Shown here: in pieces, positions 61,529 through 64,000 of the stretch
Position numbering within the stretch: position 1 is the stretch's first letter
Layout of the letters: each line of letters opens with the position of its first letter
Source of the DNA: Mytilus californianus
Lineage: Eukaryota
Assembly (NCBI RefSeq): GCF_021869535.1
Contig: NW_026262581.1
Location: forward strand, 5,828,001 to 5,892,000
DNA length: 64,000 bases
Reading direction: 5' to 3'
Position numbers and translations under genes: made by a program
Notes under the pieces: model-generated
Seen by the model: the letters and a program-made list of their open reading frames with translations, nothing else
What the model was told of the DNA's origin: nothing
Databases searched by the model: none

Positions 61529-64000
61529 CTAAAAAAAAAATGGAACGGAATTTTCAAGAAACTCATATAAAAACTCTTAAGGCATGTTTTAGTCACAAAA
61601 CAGTCTATGAAAGGCGGGATATATGTAAATGTGTATGACGGGCGTCACATGTTCAGTAGTTTCATTTGTTATCGTTCAAGGCTTTTGTTGAGAGTTTCAA
61701 TTTCCAGTGGAGATGGAACATAGTGTTGTGAAGGATGATGATCAAAATATTTTGACGCGAAAAAAAGTAGAAAAGAATTCACGACATAAAGGATTTAAAG
61801 TTTTTTTTAGGGCATAAGTTGGTACTTTAAGAATTGTTTCTGCAAAATCTTGAAATTTTTACCGGACAATTTGGTACCGATGCTAAAAAAACATATCTTT
61901 GACTTCTCCCTATCTCAGTATCTTTAAATCTATAATAGAGCAGTTGCCCTCTACCTTAGATACACCGTGTTTTTGTATTGCCAAAGTGTAAGTCTTTTTT
62001 CAATTTTTTACACGTACACCTACTTTATTTCAATTAAGGGTTGCAACAGTATTGAAATAACTTCTGTAAGAATGGTGAATTCGGTTGTCTTGCGGGGTTG
62101 TTATAAGATCTTTTATTGTTGTAGTTTTCTTAAAACATGTCGTCTTAAATAATGTTGCTTTTACGTAATCGATGAACAAATTACATGCATGTAATGAAAA
62201 AATACAATACACAATACAGAAAACTAACCTCCTATGAGTTAAATATTCAATCCTTTAAAAAATCAACAATACTTCTTTACTTCACGAAACATTGAATAAC
62301 GTATGTGTTAATCCCATAACGGTTAATCTGCATATGTATAATCCAGTTTTAATAAATCTGTTACTAATTTCACATGGATTTGCAGTTAATACACATTGGA
62401 TTGAATTGCAGTCTTCACTTCCGATTGGCTTGCGTTGCCATGGTCCTGAAACAAGAACCCCAGTGTCCAAATAAAGGTAAAGTTCGATTATTATTCCCCA
62501 CTTGGACGATTTGTTCGAATATTGAATTTCTAACCTCTGACTTATTATTAAAAGACTGATCAGTTAACAAAGCAGATACAGTTCAAACTCAATGAAGTGA
62601 TACCTAGCGTGGAAGAACAACTTTAAGATTATTTGTATCGCGAATTGATAGCCCGTAAACTTTTTATTAAAGGATAACAGAATAAGGCAACATTGTGTCA
62701 AGAGGATTGTATCATTGTCAAGATATAAAGCAGCTATTCAGAAATCGTGCATGCAATTTGAATTTTAATAAGTATATTATTATTTGTTTCACTGTGCAAA
62801 TTGATTTAAATCTTTAACAAATTTAATCTACTTCAAAACCACTTTAATATTCGACGCGAAATTGAGATGTAAATGTTTAAGTGGCTCATAGTTTGATTTA
62901 ATTGTATTTTTTAGAATATTTTTCCTTTGATAATGGACCATGCCATTTACTTATCAAACTGACTAAACATTTCAATGTATTGTTATTATTTGAATATTGT
63001 TATGCTCAACTGCCACAGGGCCCTTCTGTTAAGCAAATAATTAAATGGTATATCGTGATATGTGAATTTCCCTTTTTACGCTTACAGAACTGCTGACTGA
63101 AGCAGGGGGATAAGGGGGAGGGGATTGCTACAAACAACAGATACTATACAGACTCCTGGACTTTAAATCAATGATCTGACGCAAACAACATACTAATAAT
63201 ATGAAATTTATTGATTGATTGGTGATTGCTTAACGTCGCGTCAACGTATACAGTCCCTAAAACGTACTAAAATTCAATGCTAATTAAATCAAGAGTGGAC
63301 ACGCTTGAATAACTATCGTTACTAATGTGATATAATACTCAGACAAATAAACATGTGTAACAAGAGGCGAAATATTGCGGAAACATAATCGTAACAATAT
63401 ACTAGTATTTCGTACTGTTCAGCTTGAACATTAAGTCATGGTCAAGTGTCTAGTGTCAAAGATATAATAATTTTACAGACCAAATATATTCGACCAATTA
63501 AATTATAGACTAGAATAATAATGGCTTCCTATAAACACACAAATAAATCGAACGAATTCGTCGCAAGCGAGACAAAAATCAATTCTTTAACAAAAGTGCG
63601 ACAAACAAATAAAACGAAATGAAAATGGACAATTTATTCAGTCTGTCACAAATATTTAAACTGTGTACTTCAATCTATTTTTTAATTTAAATAGGAGACG
63701 ATTTAAAAACTGTTGTCATGAAATGTCGTTAAAAGCAATTAAAGATATGTGGATATTAGACTTTTGAACCTTTAATACATTGATTGGTGTTAATTTCAAA
63801 TATCAGAGGAACAAATTACGCGTAAAAGCAACAAAAGTTTATTCTAAAAAAAAATATACATAAACTTTATTCGAAGTAAAAAAAACAACAAATAAAGTGT
63901 GCAATAACTTTTCAATTAAAAAGTCGAATGATTTTTATTTTTAATTCCCTAAATTCATAAGATTTATTTATTAATTTGAGAGCCTAAAAATTTGTGAAAT

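Overview
AT-rich, repeat-dense eukaryotic genomic DNA. The repeat families look like those of a marine bivalve (Mytilus-like; this is inference). Host genes: (1) OXCT1/SCOT on + (14 mapped coding exons, 15278-43438; first exon uncertain near 15051); (2) an intronless plasma-membrane-type syntaxin on the same strand, nested in the 16-kb OXCT1 intron; (3) a two-exon alpha/beta hydrolase with about four hydrophobic segments inside the catalytic domain (-); (4) a single-exon coiled-coil + beta-propeller TRIM/NHL-like ORF lacking B-boxes (+); (5) an ANKRD34/63-like ankyrin protein (-). Mobile DNA: an intact, intron-containing DD35D pogo transposase with a C-terminal PHD-like finger, a 5.2-kb foldback-like element, several DINE-1/Helentron-like non-autonomous elements, MITEs and Penelope-like relics. 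The main result is a 5'-truncated but otherwise intact Naiad-type Penelope-like retroelement (about 27821-30880). Its 805-codon frame is interrupted only by one UGA at a normally Cys position. A canonical SECIS follows (30285-30360), then a motif matching a circularly permuted (P5-type) twister ribozyme core (30551-30641), and then a further conserved structured 3' module. Decayed twister copies sit on other retroelement tails at about 4.3 kb and 6.8 kb. All structures were folded and aligned by eye; no searches were run.
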